A stretch of DNA of 64,000 nucleotides from a virus, in IMG/VR virus record IMGVR_UViG_3300025769_014365, positions 1 through 64,000 of that record; one strand, 5' to 3'. Of the stretch, positions 16,245 to 25,949 are shown piece by piece. A model generated the notes under the pieces. That model saw only the letters and a program-made list of their open reading frames with translations, did no database searches and was not told the origin of the DNA. Numbering within the stretch: the stretch's first letter is position 1; each line of letters opens with the position of its first letter. The position numbers and the translations under genes are program-made.

Positions 16245-17681
16245 ATGGAACTTGCTATATTAATGGCGGGTATCGTCTATGGCTTGATCATTGGCCTGAT
16301 ACCAGCCGCGGGAGCAACAACAGGTCTTATCACACTGTTTGGATTCATGCCCTACTTCGTGGGCGACCCCTACCTGGGCGTGATATTCTGTGTGGCAGTC
16401 GTTGCTTCATCAACAACCGGTGATTCATTCAGTGGTGTGCTACTCGGCATACCCGGAGCCAACTCTGCGGCCGCAACTATGGTGGATGGCTTCCCCATGG
16501 CCAAAAACGGAGAGGCAACACGAGCATTATCAGCCGCCATAACCTCCAGCACTGCCAACGGATTGTTTTGGGGATCACTTACATTTTTATTCTTGCCTTG
16601 GTACACCAAAGTTGTGATGTACATGGGCGTACCTGAACTGTGGGCGCTGGTGCTGTTGGCATTTGTGACTGTTGGATTCGTTTCAACTAGGAAATATATT
16701 AGAAGCACACTAGCCATAGTGTTAGGAGTGACAATAGGACTGGTAGGTGTTGATGTCAATAATGTTCCTCGTTTCACCCTGGGATGGAGATATCTCGAGG
16801 ACGGTGTACAAATATTACCTTTCGTGGCAGGACTGTTCGCCATACCTGAACTGTGGGATGGATGGTTCAACAGAAAAAAGACAACAACAATACGGGCGGA
16901 ACACGGCAGTTGGCATGATCTTAAACAGGGAATGAAAGACACACTTATCTGTTGGAAGGACAGCCTCAGAGGAGGGGCAATAGGTTCTTTTATTGGATTG
17001 TTACCAGGACTGGGTGGAGCAATGGCAGACTGGTTGGCATACGGTGCCACGGTTGCGGCCAATCCCAAGGAGAAGTTTGGTGTGGGCAACGTCAAAGGCG
17101 TGATAGGTGCCGAGGGGGCCAACAACGCACAGAAGGCCTCGTCATTCATTCCAACCGTGCTGTTTGGCATACCGGGTGCCAGTTTCGCCGCGATACTGAT
17201 GGGACTTTTCTTATACCTGGGCATAGACCTAGGATCACCTGACACATTCCACGACGACAGATTATTTGACAGCATGACATTTGCTTTCTTGCTGGGAACG
17301 ATAATTACCGCCGTCATCTGTTATGGACTGGCATATTTCGCAGGTTGGGTCACACGTATTCCATACGTGTATTACTTTCCTTTCATACTTGCTGTGATAA
17401 TCTGGGCCACGCTACAGTACACCGGTGGTTGGGAGGACCTCGCGGTGCTCTTCGCATTCTCGATCTTGGGAGTGCTGTGTAAGAAATTCCAAGTCAGCAG
17501 GCCAGCACTGCTGATCGGATTCCTGTTGAGTGACAGGATCTACAATCTCACTTACCAACTAACAACGCTCCACACGGTGACGGATCTGATCACAAGACCG
17601 ATCTTTATTTCCATAATGATCTGTGTTATACTGTTGCTGTACTGGGGCATAACAAAAAGGAGCAGAATAGACTATGCTTAA
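16245..17681 (+). CDS. tctA: Tripartite tricarboxylate transporter, large permease TctA
   Basis: Multi-TM; GLIPAAG, LLGIPGANSAAAT..DGFPMAKNG, GLLPGLGG, EGANNA, FGIPG. Confidence 0.92.
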   Translation: MELAILMAGIVYGLIIGLIPAAGATTGLITLFGFMPYFVGDPYLGVIFCVAVVASSTTGDSFSGVLLGIPGANSAAATMVDGFPMAKNGEATRALSAAITSSTANGLFWGSLTFLFLPWYTKVVMYMGVPELWALVLLAFVTVGFVSTRKYIRSTLAIVLGVTIGLVGVDVNNVPRFTLGWRYLEDGVQILPFVAGLFAIPELWDGWFNRKKTTTIRAEHGSWHDLKQGMKDTLICWKDSLRGGAIGSFIGLLPGLGGAMADWLAYGATVAANPKEKFGVGNVKGVIGAEGANNAQKASSFIPTVLFGIPGASFAAILMGLFLYLGIDLGSPDTFHDDRLFDSMTFAFLLGTIITAVICYGLAYFAGWVTRIPYVYYFPFILAVIIWATLQYTGGWEDLAVLFAFSILGVLCKKFQVSRPALLIGFLLSDRIYNLTYQLTTLHTVTDLITRPIFISIMICVILLLYWGITKRSRIDYA

Positions 17682-18720
17682 GAAAACGATAATGGCGTTG
17701 ATCATAATGACAACAACCGCGATGGCCGACTACAACTTGATTGTGCCTCAAAAACCATCTGGTGGAACTTCTGTGTGGGCACAGATAGTTGTGGCTGAAT
17801 GGGAGAAACACCTGGGTGAGAAGATCAATCTCGTCTACAAGCCAGGTGCTAGAGACCAACTGGGACCAAACGAGTTCCAAAACAAACTGAGATTCGATGA
17901 CCGGACCATACTGGTGTCACACGGTGGTAACGGTATATCATATCTCGTTGAACCCGTGGACTACAACTACCTTGATTGGGAGTCGGTGGGACAGATGAAT
18001 CTCAACATCATAGTGGGCGCCAGGAACAAGGCAGACACAAAGAACGGACCTATCCAGTTTCCATCAGGATCTGGGATGACACCGGAGATCATGGCGATCG
18101 TGATGTTGCTCACAGGACCCAACGATGATCCGGTGAAGACGTTTGAAGAAAAAATCGTATGGGTGAAAGGCATGAAAGGGTCTGAGAGGAGACTCGCATT
18201 CATCAGGGGTGACCTAAACGCTACACGAGAAAATCCTGCCGCGTACAAGAAACACGTGATGCCAGTGATTGAGAAAGGCGATGCCTACACTTGGTTCCAT
18301 CACGGACTCTTGAATGTGAAAACGGGTAAGCACGACAACGATCCAAACTTCACGGAACCAACATTCGAGGCACTGTATGAATCCACACACGGAGTTGCAC
18401 CGAGCGGTGACTTCTATGACGCCTACAAACTGGTCAAGAGTTGGAGGGACGCACTACAGAAGGCTTTCTGGGTGAACAAGGGCAATCCCAACCGGGACAA
18501 GCTCGTTGCCGCACTTGACAGGATGATCAAGGATCCAGAGTCTGTGGCCGCGATAGAGAAAAAGGTTGGCAAGTACGAATGGAGGACGGGTGCGGAGGGC
18601 GACGCCGCGGTGAGGACCCTGAAGTCATTCATCACTCCAGGTGCGTTGAAAACACTATCTGATTTTGGAAAGAACCAGTTGGGTTACAATGCCGTCTACA
18701 AGGAAGAGTTGACCAAATAA
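17674..18720 (+). CDS. tctC: TTT family substrate-binding protein (TctC/Bug-like)
   Basis: Signal peptide; LIVPQKPSGGTS and KPGA motifs; directly after tctA. Confidence 0.8.
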   Translation: MLKKTIMALIIMTTTAMADYNLIVPQKPSGGTSVWAQIVVAEWEKHLGEKINLVYKPGARDQLGPNEFQNKLRFDDRTILVSHGGNGISYLVEPVDYNYLDWESVGQMNLNIIVGARNKADTKNGPIQFPSGSGMTPEIMAIVMLLTGPNDDPVKTFEEKIVWVKGMKGSERRLAFIRGDLNATRENPAAYKKHVMPVIEKGDAYTWFHHGLLNVKTGKHDNDPNFTEPTFEALYESTHGVAPSGDFYDAYKLVKSWRDALQKAFWVNKGNPNRDKLVAALDRMIKDPESVAAIEKKVGKYEWRTGAEGDAAVRTLKSFITPGALKTLSDFGKNQLGYNAVYKEELTK

Positions 18721-19304
18721 TGTACATACTGTTCACAGGGGCGCCGGGATCAAAGTGGAGTAGTGTTGTCAAGAACATCTACTGGAGTGCGGACATAGAT
18801 CACACAGATTATTCTGAGGCAAGGACCTACTGGCACGATGCCGACACCCCTGGACGCAAACACCTCATGCACATTGGAGCATACTGGGATCCGGGAATGG
18901 AGTTTGATGTAGACGATTGGAACGGACCTTTCTCGGGCACAGGCAAGAGGATCGTGAAAGCACACACATTCGCACACCAATTGGACAAACTGAAAGACAA
19001 GGGATATCCCATTGTGATGGTCTATAGGAATGACTTCGAGTGTTTGGAGTGGTGGAAACTTTGCGGGGAATTCACGATCACATACCCTAACTACCAACAC
19101 TTCGAAAATCTGGAAAAGATGTGGGGACACATCCAAGCGGAAAACAGAGACACCATGCAGTTCATACGTGACAACAAAGACAGGATAACAAAAGTCAAGG
19201 ACAACGTGGACCTCTGCAGATTATTGGAAATTAGTTTCCCAGACACCAAGGGCAGGATACATAACTACGCACAGAAAGAAGTCGAGGTATATGTCTACAA
19301 GTAA
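18720..19304 (+). CDS. Hypothetical protein with P-loop-like N-terminus (kinase/sulfotransferase-like fold)
   Basis: ILFTGAPGSKWS, IVKAH, MVYRN; TAATG coupled to tctC. Confidence 0.55.
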   Translation: MYILFTGAPGSKWSSVVKNIYWSADIDHTDYSEARTYWHDADTPGRKHLMHIGAYWDPGMEFDVDDWNGPFSGTGKRIVKAHTFAHQLDKLKDKGYPIVMVYRNDFECLEWWKLCGEFTITYPNYQHFENLEKMWGHIQAENRDTMQFIRDNKDRITKVKDNVDLCRLLEISFPDTKGRIHNYAQKEVEVYVYK

Positions 19305-19947
19305 TTGGGAAGAGTCAAAAGCGAGGAGCGACTACCACTTCAACAAGTGGCACCAGGACACCGACTGCGTCCAACACCTGGGCAGTTTCACGGGTGGCTG
19401 GCAGACCGAGATACAGTCGGTGATCGATGACGCCAAACCCCTCAACTGGGCCAATCGTAGGGAGGGCACGGGCAGGGAAAACACCAACATCAACGTGGAG
19501 GCCGAGGAGAACGACCTCAGGAACGCGGGCGCCGATCCCAAGATGACAATTTACCGAGGTCTCAAGGACTTCACAAAATGTCCTACTCTACAGAGGATGA
19601 CTGACTACTTCTCACTGGAACCAGTGCAATCCAAACTACACATACAGTTTACGGGCGAGGTGTTGAACATGCACATAGACAAACTGTACGACCTAGACGC
19701 TGACCCAAATAATGTTGTCCGTATAATGATCATGCTTCAGGATTGGGAACCAGGCCAGTTCTTGATATATGGTAATGAGCAGTTCGACAGATGGCGGGCA
19801 GGAGACATTCATAAGTTTGACTGGCAAAACATTCCACACGCTACAGCAAACGCCAGCAATAAACCAAGACCCATGTTGGTAATCACAGGTGTGATTACAG
19901 ACAAGACCAAGTATATACTTTCAAAGCCAATTAAGAAAAAGATTTAA
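19291..19947 (+). CDS. Fe(II)/2-oxoglutarate oxygenase-like (DSBH) protein
   Basis: HID...PHATANA..KPR facial-triad pattern; WEPGQF. Confidence 0.65.
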   Translation: MSTSNWEESKARSDYHFNKWHQDTDCVQHLGSFTGGWQTEIQSVIDDAKPLNWANRREGTGRENTNINVEAEENDLRNAGADPKMTIYRGLKDFTKCPTLQRMTDYFSLEPVQSKLHIQFTGEVLNMHIDKLYDLDADPNNVVRIMIMLQDWEPGQFLIYGNEQFDRWRAGDIHKFDWQNIPHATANASNKPRPMLVITGVITDKTKYILSKPIKKKI

Positions 19948-19979
19948 ACATTAGTAAATTTCTTATATAATAAACTGAC

Positions 19980-20960
19980 ATGAACAAAAACTTATTCGCA
20001 GTGTGTTGTGACCAGTTTAATCTAGGCACAACTTTTATTATCTGGTCCCTACATTATGTGACGGACCAAACGGAGTTTTATTCACTTGAAAAAGATAGAG
20101 TGTGTTCCATACCAAATAATCCATTAAGAAACGGCACAGCTCATTCTATGGAAATCAACGAGGTCAAATCGATTACAAAAATTAAAGATACTATTGACCA
20201 ATTAAAGGCCAACGGAAATTTTAATCATTTTAGATTTGTCCCAAAGGAAAACTCCCTTGTTGAGTATTCCCAACAAAACGAAAAATTCCAAGAAGCAATG
20301 GCCACACACAATATCAAGGTCGTTAACATTGGTTGTGAAAGGTTACAAGGTCTGATCGGATTCCTAAGATACAATACCGAGGACCTTTCATGGCAAAATG
20401 ATATGAAGAAAGTAAAAAAACATTGTCTGAAATACTGGCCTTCCTTTATGGAAAATTCTCATATATTTCCAAACAAGCTGAACACTTGGCACGATATCAG
20501 AGAAAATATCGCTTTCAACATCAGGCCATATGACCACTGGAAGCAATGGAAGGATAAAAAGTCGACTCGAGAAAATGTCCATGACTGTAAATTTAAATCT
20601 TTCTTGTTTGACCCTGAAAAAGAAATCTCAAATATTTTAAAATTCCTAGGAATTAGCCCTATGAAAAGAATTGCACAATGGTTAGAAGTTCATCATAAAT
20701 GGCTTGCTAATATAGGACATTACATTGTTTTTTGTGATGACATAGAAAAAATAATAAGTCATATACTGAACAACCAGGACATGGATCTCGGAAAATACAA
20801 AATGACCGTGTTAAAAGAAGCAGTCCTACTCCATTTTTTGATGTACAAACACGACCTAAACCTTCATACAAAAGTGGAACACTTACCAAAAAATGCCAAA
20901 GACATATGTAAACTGTTGACAAAAAATAATAGGACCGGAATAGAAAAACTTTATAACTAA
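19980..20960 (+). CDS. Hypothetical protein in an AT-rich insert (weak sulfotransferase-like features)
   Basis: LGTTF near the N-terminus and F..DPEKEISNILKFLGI; own TTTAAA-N17-TATAAT promoter at 19943-19971. Confidence 0.55.
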   Translation: MNKNLFAVCCDQFNLGTTFIIWSLHYVTDQTEFYSLEKDRVCSIPNNPLRNGTAHSMEINEVKSITKIKDTIDQLKANGNFNHFRFVPKENSLVEYSQQNEKFQEAMATHNIKVVNIGCERLQGLIGFLRYNTEDLSWQNDMKKVKKHCLKYWPSFMENSHIFPNKLNTWHDIRENIAFNIRPYDHWKQWKDKKSTRENVHDCKFKSFLFDPEKEISNILKFLGISPMKRIAQWLEVHHKWLANIGHYIVFCDDIEKIISHILNNQDMDLGKYKMTVLKEAVLLHFLMYKHDLNLHTKVEHLPKNAKDICKLLTKNNRTGIEKLYN

Positions 20961-20966
20961 CAACAC

Positions 20967-21626
20967 ATGAATAAAAAAATATTAGAACAATTAATAAAAG
21001 ATTCACAAAACGATCTATCTAAAATCACAAGCCCATACATTAGTCAAACTTTCGGAGTATCTGTACAAAGGTGTGATACACTGGAGCAGTATGCCCAGGT
21101 TATAGATGATGCCTGCCTACACAAGTATTTTTCAAAGTATTGGTATAACGATATGAAAAAATGGAAATATTCGGGACTAGCACTTGTGGACGAAGTAAAC
21201 AGCCTAAAACCACGAGCAGTGTTAGACGTTGGGTGTGGCTACAATGAATTCAAAGGCAAGATTCAAAATCTAATAGGAATTGACCCTTATAATGACCGTG
21301 CAGACCTGCAGGTCAGCACCATTGACTTTAAAACGGAACAAAAGTTTGATGTGATATTGTGCTTAGGATCAGTGAACTTTGGTGACAGAGACAAGATAAT
21401 AGCAGAAGTAAACAGATGTGTTAGTCTATTAGAGCAAAATGGCACAATGTTCTTCAGAGTAAATCCAGGAATACAGCATGACAAGTCAGAAGCCAAATGG
21501 ATTGAATTCTTTGCCTGGAACGTTCCATTTATCATAGAGTTAGCGGAAAAATTTCAATTAAAAATATTAGATATTAGAGATGACACCAATCAAAGAAAAT
21601 ACTTTGTGCTGAAAAAAACAAGTTGA
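20967..21626 (+). CDS. Class I SAM-dependent methyltransferase
   Basis: VLDVGCG, IGID, FDVILCLGS. Confidence 0.82.
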   Translation: MNKKILEQLIKDSQNDLSKITSPYISQTFGVSVQRCDTLEQYAQVIDDACLHKYFSKYWYNDMKKWKYSGLALVDEVNSLKPRAVLDVGCGYNEFKGKIQNLIGIDPYNDRADLQVSTIDFKTEQKFDVILCLGSVNFGDRDKIIAEVNRCVSLLEQNGTMFFRVNPGIQHDKSEAKWIEFFAWNVPFIIELAEKFQLKILDIRDDTNQRKYFVLKKTS

Positions 21627-21651
21627 CTTTTATGGAAAAAACAAGTAAAAT
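21623..21651 (+). promoter_or_regulatory. Sigma70-like promoter TTGACT-N17-TAAAAT
   Basis: Read directly, 5 nt before the ATG at 21657. Confidence 0.6.
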
Positions 21652-21656
21652 AAGTT

Positions 21657-21983
21657 ATGAAGGTAAAGAAAACAGCAAAGACAACGATAAAAAAAAAGAA
21701 TAAGAAAGGTTCCAAAAAGAGCGAGGAACCAATGGTCAAGGTTCTTAATCTAAATGTCAACCCAGAAAACCCAAGAAACGGTTTCTTTGAGTTAGACTGG
21801 AATGACGAGTTCGTAAACATGCTGAAGCAGTCAGGATACCAGGGTGCCTCCGAGGAGGAGATCGTGGACAGGTGGTTCCAGACGCTTTGTAGGACCATAG
21901 GCAACGAGCAGGGCATAGACGTCACTGGATCTGGCTACGTGCAGATCAATCGTAGGGAAGACGGCAAGACAGAGGTGTCTTAA
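21657..21983 (+). CDS. Conserved hypothetical phage protein
   Basis: Basic N-terminus; GFFELDWNDEF; TAATG coupled to rnh. Confidence 0.7.
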   Translation: MKVKKTAKTTIKKKNKKGSKKSEEPMVKVLNLNVNPENPRNGFFELDWNDEFVNMLKQSGYQGASEEEIVDRWFQTLCRTIGNEQGIDVTGSGYVQINRREDGKTEVS

Positions 21984-22972
21984 TGACACACATACTAGTA
22001 GACACAGCCAACACATTCTTCAGGGCCAGACACGTGATACGTGGAGACACTTCCGAGAAGGTAGGAATGGCCATACACATCATGATGAACAGCATCAAGA
22101 AGGCATGGCAGGACTTCGAGGGCAAACATGTGGTATTCTGTCTAGAGGGCAGATCGTGGCGCAAGGACCACTACGCACCATACAAGCGTAACCGTAAGGA
22201 GATGGCCGACGCCATGACCGAGAAAGAAAAGGAAGAAAACGAGGTGTTCTGGGAGGTGTACGATGACTTCGTGGACTTCATCAAGACCAAGACCAACGCA
22301 ACAGTATTAAGGAACCCTAGAGCAGAGGCAGATGATCTTATAGCAAGATGGATCGACAAGCACCCAGACGACAATCACGTCATAATCAGCACAGACAAGG
22401 ATCTAAATCAACTGATAACACCCAGGGTAAAACAGTACAACGGTGTCAATGAAACCACATTAACACACGAGGGTTGGTTTGACGCCAAGGGCAACCCTGT
22501 GATAGACAAAAAACTGAAGGCACCCAAACCTGCACCGGACACGGAATGGATAGTGTTCGAGAAGGCCATGAGGGGTGATCCAAGTGACAACATATTCTCA
22601 GCATACCCAGGTGTAAGAACAAAGGGCACCAAGAACAAGATCGGCCTACAGGAGGCCTACGCGGACAGGCACGAGAAGGGCTACACATGGAACAACCTCA
22701 TGTTGAGCAAGTGGGTGGACCATGACGGCAACGAACACAGGGTACTGGAAGACTACGAACGTAACAGGCTACTAGTGGACCTACACGCACAGCCAGAGGC
22801 CATCATAGAGGAACTGGACCAGACCATAGCACAGGCCAAGTCAGAGGCCAAGAACGTGGGACAGGTTGGGATCAGATTCATGAGGTTCTGTGCCAAGTAC
22901 GATCTGAATAGGATCAGTGAGCAGGCACAACTGTATGTCGAACCCTTCAATGCTAGACTAGAAAATGTTTGA
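21983..22972 (+). CDS. rnh: T4 RNase H-like 5'-3' exonuclease (FEN family)
   Basis: ILVDTAN, SWRK..Y..YKRNR, EADDLIA, ISTDKDLNQL, GDPSDNI. Confidence 0.92.
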   Translation: MTHILVDTANTFFRARHVIRGDTSEKVGMAIHIMMNSIKKAWQDFEGKHVVFCLEGRSWRKDHYAPYKRNRKEMADAMTEKEKEENEVFWEVYDDFVDFIKTKTNATVLRNPRAEADDLIARWIDKHPDDNHVIISTDKDLNQLITPRVKQYNGVNETTLTHEGWFDAKGNPVIDKKLKAPKPAPDTEWIVFEKAMRGDPSDNIFSAYPGVRTKGTKNKIGLQEAYADRHEKGYTWNNLMLSKWVDHDGNEHRVLEDYERNRLLVDLHAQPEAIIEELDQTIAQAKSEAKNVGQVGIRFMRFCAKYDLNRISEQAQLYVEPFNARLENV

Positions 22973-24074
22973 CACTGTTTATCATAATTTAATTTACAAA
23001 GATTTCCTACGGTCACCTCACGCTGATTGCTATGACACGGTAGACCAAATACATCTAGAACATTTTTCAGAACAAGATTTAGAAGCTATCAAACAGAAAT
23101 CCAACGGTAACCTCAAATGTATATTTTTACACACTGCCGAACCCCATTGGTACGACGAGGGCGATTTGATAAGTCGCCAATTTAAGGAGTTCATGAATCT
23201 ATGCAGGAAAATTGGCATATACAACGTTGACTTCTATGTTACATGTTTAGAAGGTGCTTATCAAAATGATTTCAAAGCAATGAACAACAACTATTGGGAC
23301 TGGAATTTCATACCATATTATATCGACCTTCCGTGGTGTTGGGATGATTTTGCCACGATTACAAATCACAATGTTGAACAAGATACACACGTAGATCAAA
23401 TTAGACACAAATTCCTACACATGAATTTCACACACAGGATGCACAGGCAACTGTTCAGCAAGTTCCTTATCAGAGAAAATCTAATCGATGGCAACTGCGT
23501 GGCGATAAACATCTCTGATAGATTAAAAACTGCTGAGGAATTACAAACTGCTGAGGAAAAGAACTTTCCTAGAGCTATCCTAACAAACCAAAACGACGAT
23601 TGGCGCCTGAACAAAAACCTATCAACTTTATGGAGAGATACAACCTTAACAAAGCACGGGCACCCACTTATTGATAGTAATTTTGACAAATCTTATTACG
23701 GCTTTTTAAAAAAAGCCGGAGTGTACATCATAAGTGAGACTGTTTTCCATCACCCACATCCGTATTTCAGTGAAAAGACCGTGAGTGCCCTGTTGTCGAA
23801 CAGGCCATTCATCATCATAGGTGCCCAGGGCAGTCTCAGAGCACTCAAGCAGAAGGGCTACAAGACTTTCAATGACGTGTTTGACGAATCGTATGACAAT
23901 ATCATAGATCCTTCATCTAGAATGGAATCAATTTTTGATCTGGTTAAAAACATAAACTCAAGGTCGTTGGATCAGCTCAAGGAAAATGTTCTACAATGCC
24001 AAGACAAGTTATTTCACAACAGGAAATTAATGCTGACAACAATCAGTAGGTATACAGGAGCAGACACACAATAA
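22965..24074 (+). CDS. Hypothetical glycosyltransferase-like protein, paralog A
   Basis: C-terminal IISET...FSEKT...PFIIIG...LKQKGYKTF..FDESYD resembles the GT10/exostosin-type nucleotide-sugar binding region. Confidence 0.55.
   Translation: MFDTVYHNLIYKDFLRSPHADCYDTVDQIHLEHFSEQDLEAIKQKSNGNLKCIFLHTAEPHWYDEGDLISRQFKEFMNLCRKIGIYNVDFYVTCLEGAYQNDFKAMNNNYWDWNFIPYYIDLPWCWDDFATITNHNVEQDTHVDQIRHKFLHMNFTHRMHRQLFSKFLIRENLIDGNCVAINISDRLKTAEELQTAEEKNFPRAILTNQNDDWRLNKNLSTLWRDTTLTKHGHPLIDSNFDKSYYGFLKKAGVYIISETVFHHPHPYFSEKTVSALLSNRPFIIIGAQGSLRALKQKGYKTFNDVFDESYDNIIDPSSRMESIFDLVKNINSRSLDQLKENVLQCQDKLFHNRKLMLTTISRYTGADTQ
23409..23511 (+). repeat. 103-bp block identical to 24535-24637
   Basis: Base-by-base comparison showed no mismatch. 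Confidence 0.92.
23720..23866 (+). repeat. 147-bp block nearly identical to 24849-24995
   Basis: About 5 mismatches counted by eye. Confidence 0.9.
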
Positions 24075-24078
24075 AAAA

Positions 24079-25224
24079 ATGTACACATACAGGCATAATC
24101 TATACGACAAATTGATATTCCAAGATTTCAAGCAATCTCCTCACGCACAAGGTTACGAACAAATTTTCCTACTAAGTCTTGAATTGATGTCGTTGCATGA
24201 CTTAGACTCCATCAAGGAAAACAATAATGTCCTGAATAAAAAATGTATCTTCTTGTCAATGAGTGAACCACAATGGTACGATGACGGTGCTTTGGTAAGC
24301 CTTCAGTTAAACAAGTTTGTGGATCTGTTAAGACAAAAACAGATTTTCAATGCTGATATTTTTGTTCCATGTTTTGGTAATCAATATCACAATGACTTAG
24401 AAATACTTAATCAGAATTATTATGGATGGAACTTCCTGCAGTATAACGTGGACCTACCATTTGCCAACAACGATGTTGTGAAAGAGATCGAAACCACACA
24501 CAATGAAGATTTGTTTTTAGAGCAGATAAAATATAAATTCCTACACATGAATTTCACACACAGGATGCACAGGCAACTGTTCAGCAAGTTCCTTATCAGA
24601 GAAAATCTAATCGATGGCAACTGCGTGGCGATAAACACTAACAACGATAACTTTAGAGACGAACATTACGATGATCATGATCGTCTTTTTGGCGAAGAGG
24701 CATGCATACCAGTTAATCGAAGGGATGATTGGTCCTACAACAAAAAACTGTTAGATTTGTGGAGAGGAACACCTATCACCGATCACAAGAATCCAAACAT
24801 AGATCAAAACTATTCGCGTGCCAGTTACAATTTTTGTAGGTTGAGTGTAGTGTACATCATAAGTGAGACTGTTTTCCATCACCCACACCCTAACTTCAGT
24901 GAAAAGACCGTGAGTGCCCTATTGTCGAACAGGCCATTCATCATCATAGGTGCCCAGGGCAGTCTCAGAGCACTCAAGCAGAAGGGCTACAAGACGTTTG
25001 ACAATTTCATCGATGAATCTTATGACAGCATCGCATGTCCTAACCAACGTTTGGAACAGATATTCGAATTGGTTAAACAAATTAATAAAAAAACTTTAAG
25101 CGAACTTACCGCACATCTCAAAGATTGCCAAGGTAGTATAACTCATAATCGAAAACTGATGCTGAACACCATACGTAAGTACACTAATCACATAAACAAA
25201 GAGGAGATAAAAAATGCCAGTTAG
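24079..25224 (+). CDS. Hypothetical glycosyltransferase-like protein, paralog B
   Basis: Same motifs as 22965-24074; tandem duplicate. Confidence 0.55.
   Translation: MYTYRHNLYDKLIFQDFKQSPHAQGYEQIFLLSLELMSLHDLDSIKENNNVLNKKCIFLSMSEPQWYDDGALVSLQLNKFVDLLRQKQIFNADIFVPCFGNQYHNDLEILNQNYYGWNFLQYNVDLPFANNDVVKEIETTHNEDLFLEQIKYKFLHMNFTHRMHRQLFSKFLIRENLIDGNCVAINTNNDNFRDEHYDDHDRLFGEEACIPVNRRDDWSYNKKLLDLWRGTPITDHKNPNIDQNYSRASYNFCRLSVVYIISETVFHHPHPNFSEKTVSALLSNRPFIIIGAQGSLRALKQKGYKTFDNFIDESYDSIACPNQRLEQIFELVKQINKKTLSELTAHLKDCQGSITHNRKLMLNTIRKYTNHINKEEIKNAS
24535..24637 (+). repeat. 103-bp block identical to 23409-23511
   Basis: Direct comparison. Confidence 0.92.
24849..24995 (+). repeat. 147-bp block nearly identical to 23720-23866
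   Basis: Direct comparison. Confidence 0.9.
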
Positions 25225-25717
25225 AGCAAAGACACTAGTCAAAGACAAGTTCTGGATAGTCGAGGAAAATGGCCATAAACTGGGCACCCTTTCTAAACAA
25301 GCGGACAACGGTTGGATATTCCTCAGCAAACAGGACAAGAGGCAGGTGTTCCACACACAGGAAAGCCTGTTCACGAAGTTCGGATTTGGTATTTTTGACG
25401 ATTCTAATGCGAAAAGGGCCGAGGAAGAAGTTCAGAAGGACAATTTCGATGTGCATGGTTATCCGTGCAGTCAGCACCCATACAACCCAATGTTCGACGT
25501 GCAGAAGCAGTTGCCAGTGTACACCAAGACCCCAAAGAGCAAGAGCCAGTTCTGTGCTGGATACTACATCATATGCTTCGAAAAAGGGTGGAGGAAGGCC
25601 TACTGTCCAAAGATGATAACACTGTCTAGGTACGAGTACAAAGGACCCATGAAGACCAAACTAGAAATGCAACAGGTACTGAACAATGCCATCAAAGAAT
25701 TCCAAGATTCAAACTAG
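25214..25717 (+). CDS. Conserved hypothetical phage protein
   Basis: GAGG RBS; YTKTPKSKS.FCAGYY...CPK...RYEYKGP. Confidence 0.75.
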   Translation: MPVRAKTLVKDKFWIVEENGHKLGTLSKQADNGWIFLSKQDKRQVFHTQESLFTKFGFGIFDDSNAKRAEEEVQKDNFDVHGYPCSQHPYNPMFDVQKQLPVYTKTPKSKSQFCAGYYIICFEKGWRKAYCPKMITLSRYEYKGPMKTKLEMQQVLNNAIKEFQDSN

Positions 25718-25949
25718 GCCCATAGAGGACCTCATAGGCAGGATCCGTACACTGCGCCAACGTGGTGAGAGGCAGATCGTGATACCAGCAAAAGAGGCGG
25801 ATCAACTGGCTGATAGCCTAAGTCAAGTCATGACCCGCATGGTCACGATCCAGGAAGAGATCATAGAAGCACTCAAGACCGCCAAGGAATCACAGACCAT
25901 CAACATCGAGATGGACGGTGGCGGGTTTTCTACTCCAGACGAGGAATAA
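25686..25949 (+). CDS. Hypothetical protein
   Basis: 87 aa, helical; ends with IEMDGGGF. Confidence 0.65.
   Translation: MPSKNSKIQTRPIEDLIGRIRTLRQRGERQIVIPAKEADQLADSLSQVMTRMVTIQEEIIEALKTAKESQTINIEMDGGGFSTPDEE

Noticed and set aside
23409-24995. Diversity-generating retroelement TR/VR pair or CRISPR repeats
   Set aside because: No reverse transcriptase or cas genes in the window, mismatches are not adenine-specific, and both copies lie in-frame in paralogous genes.
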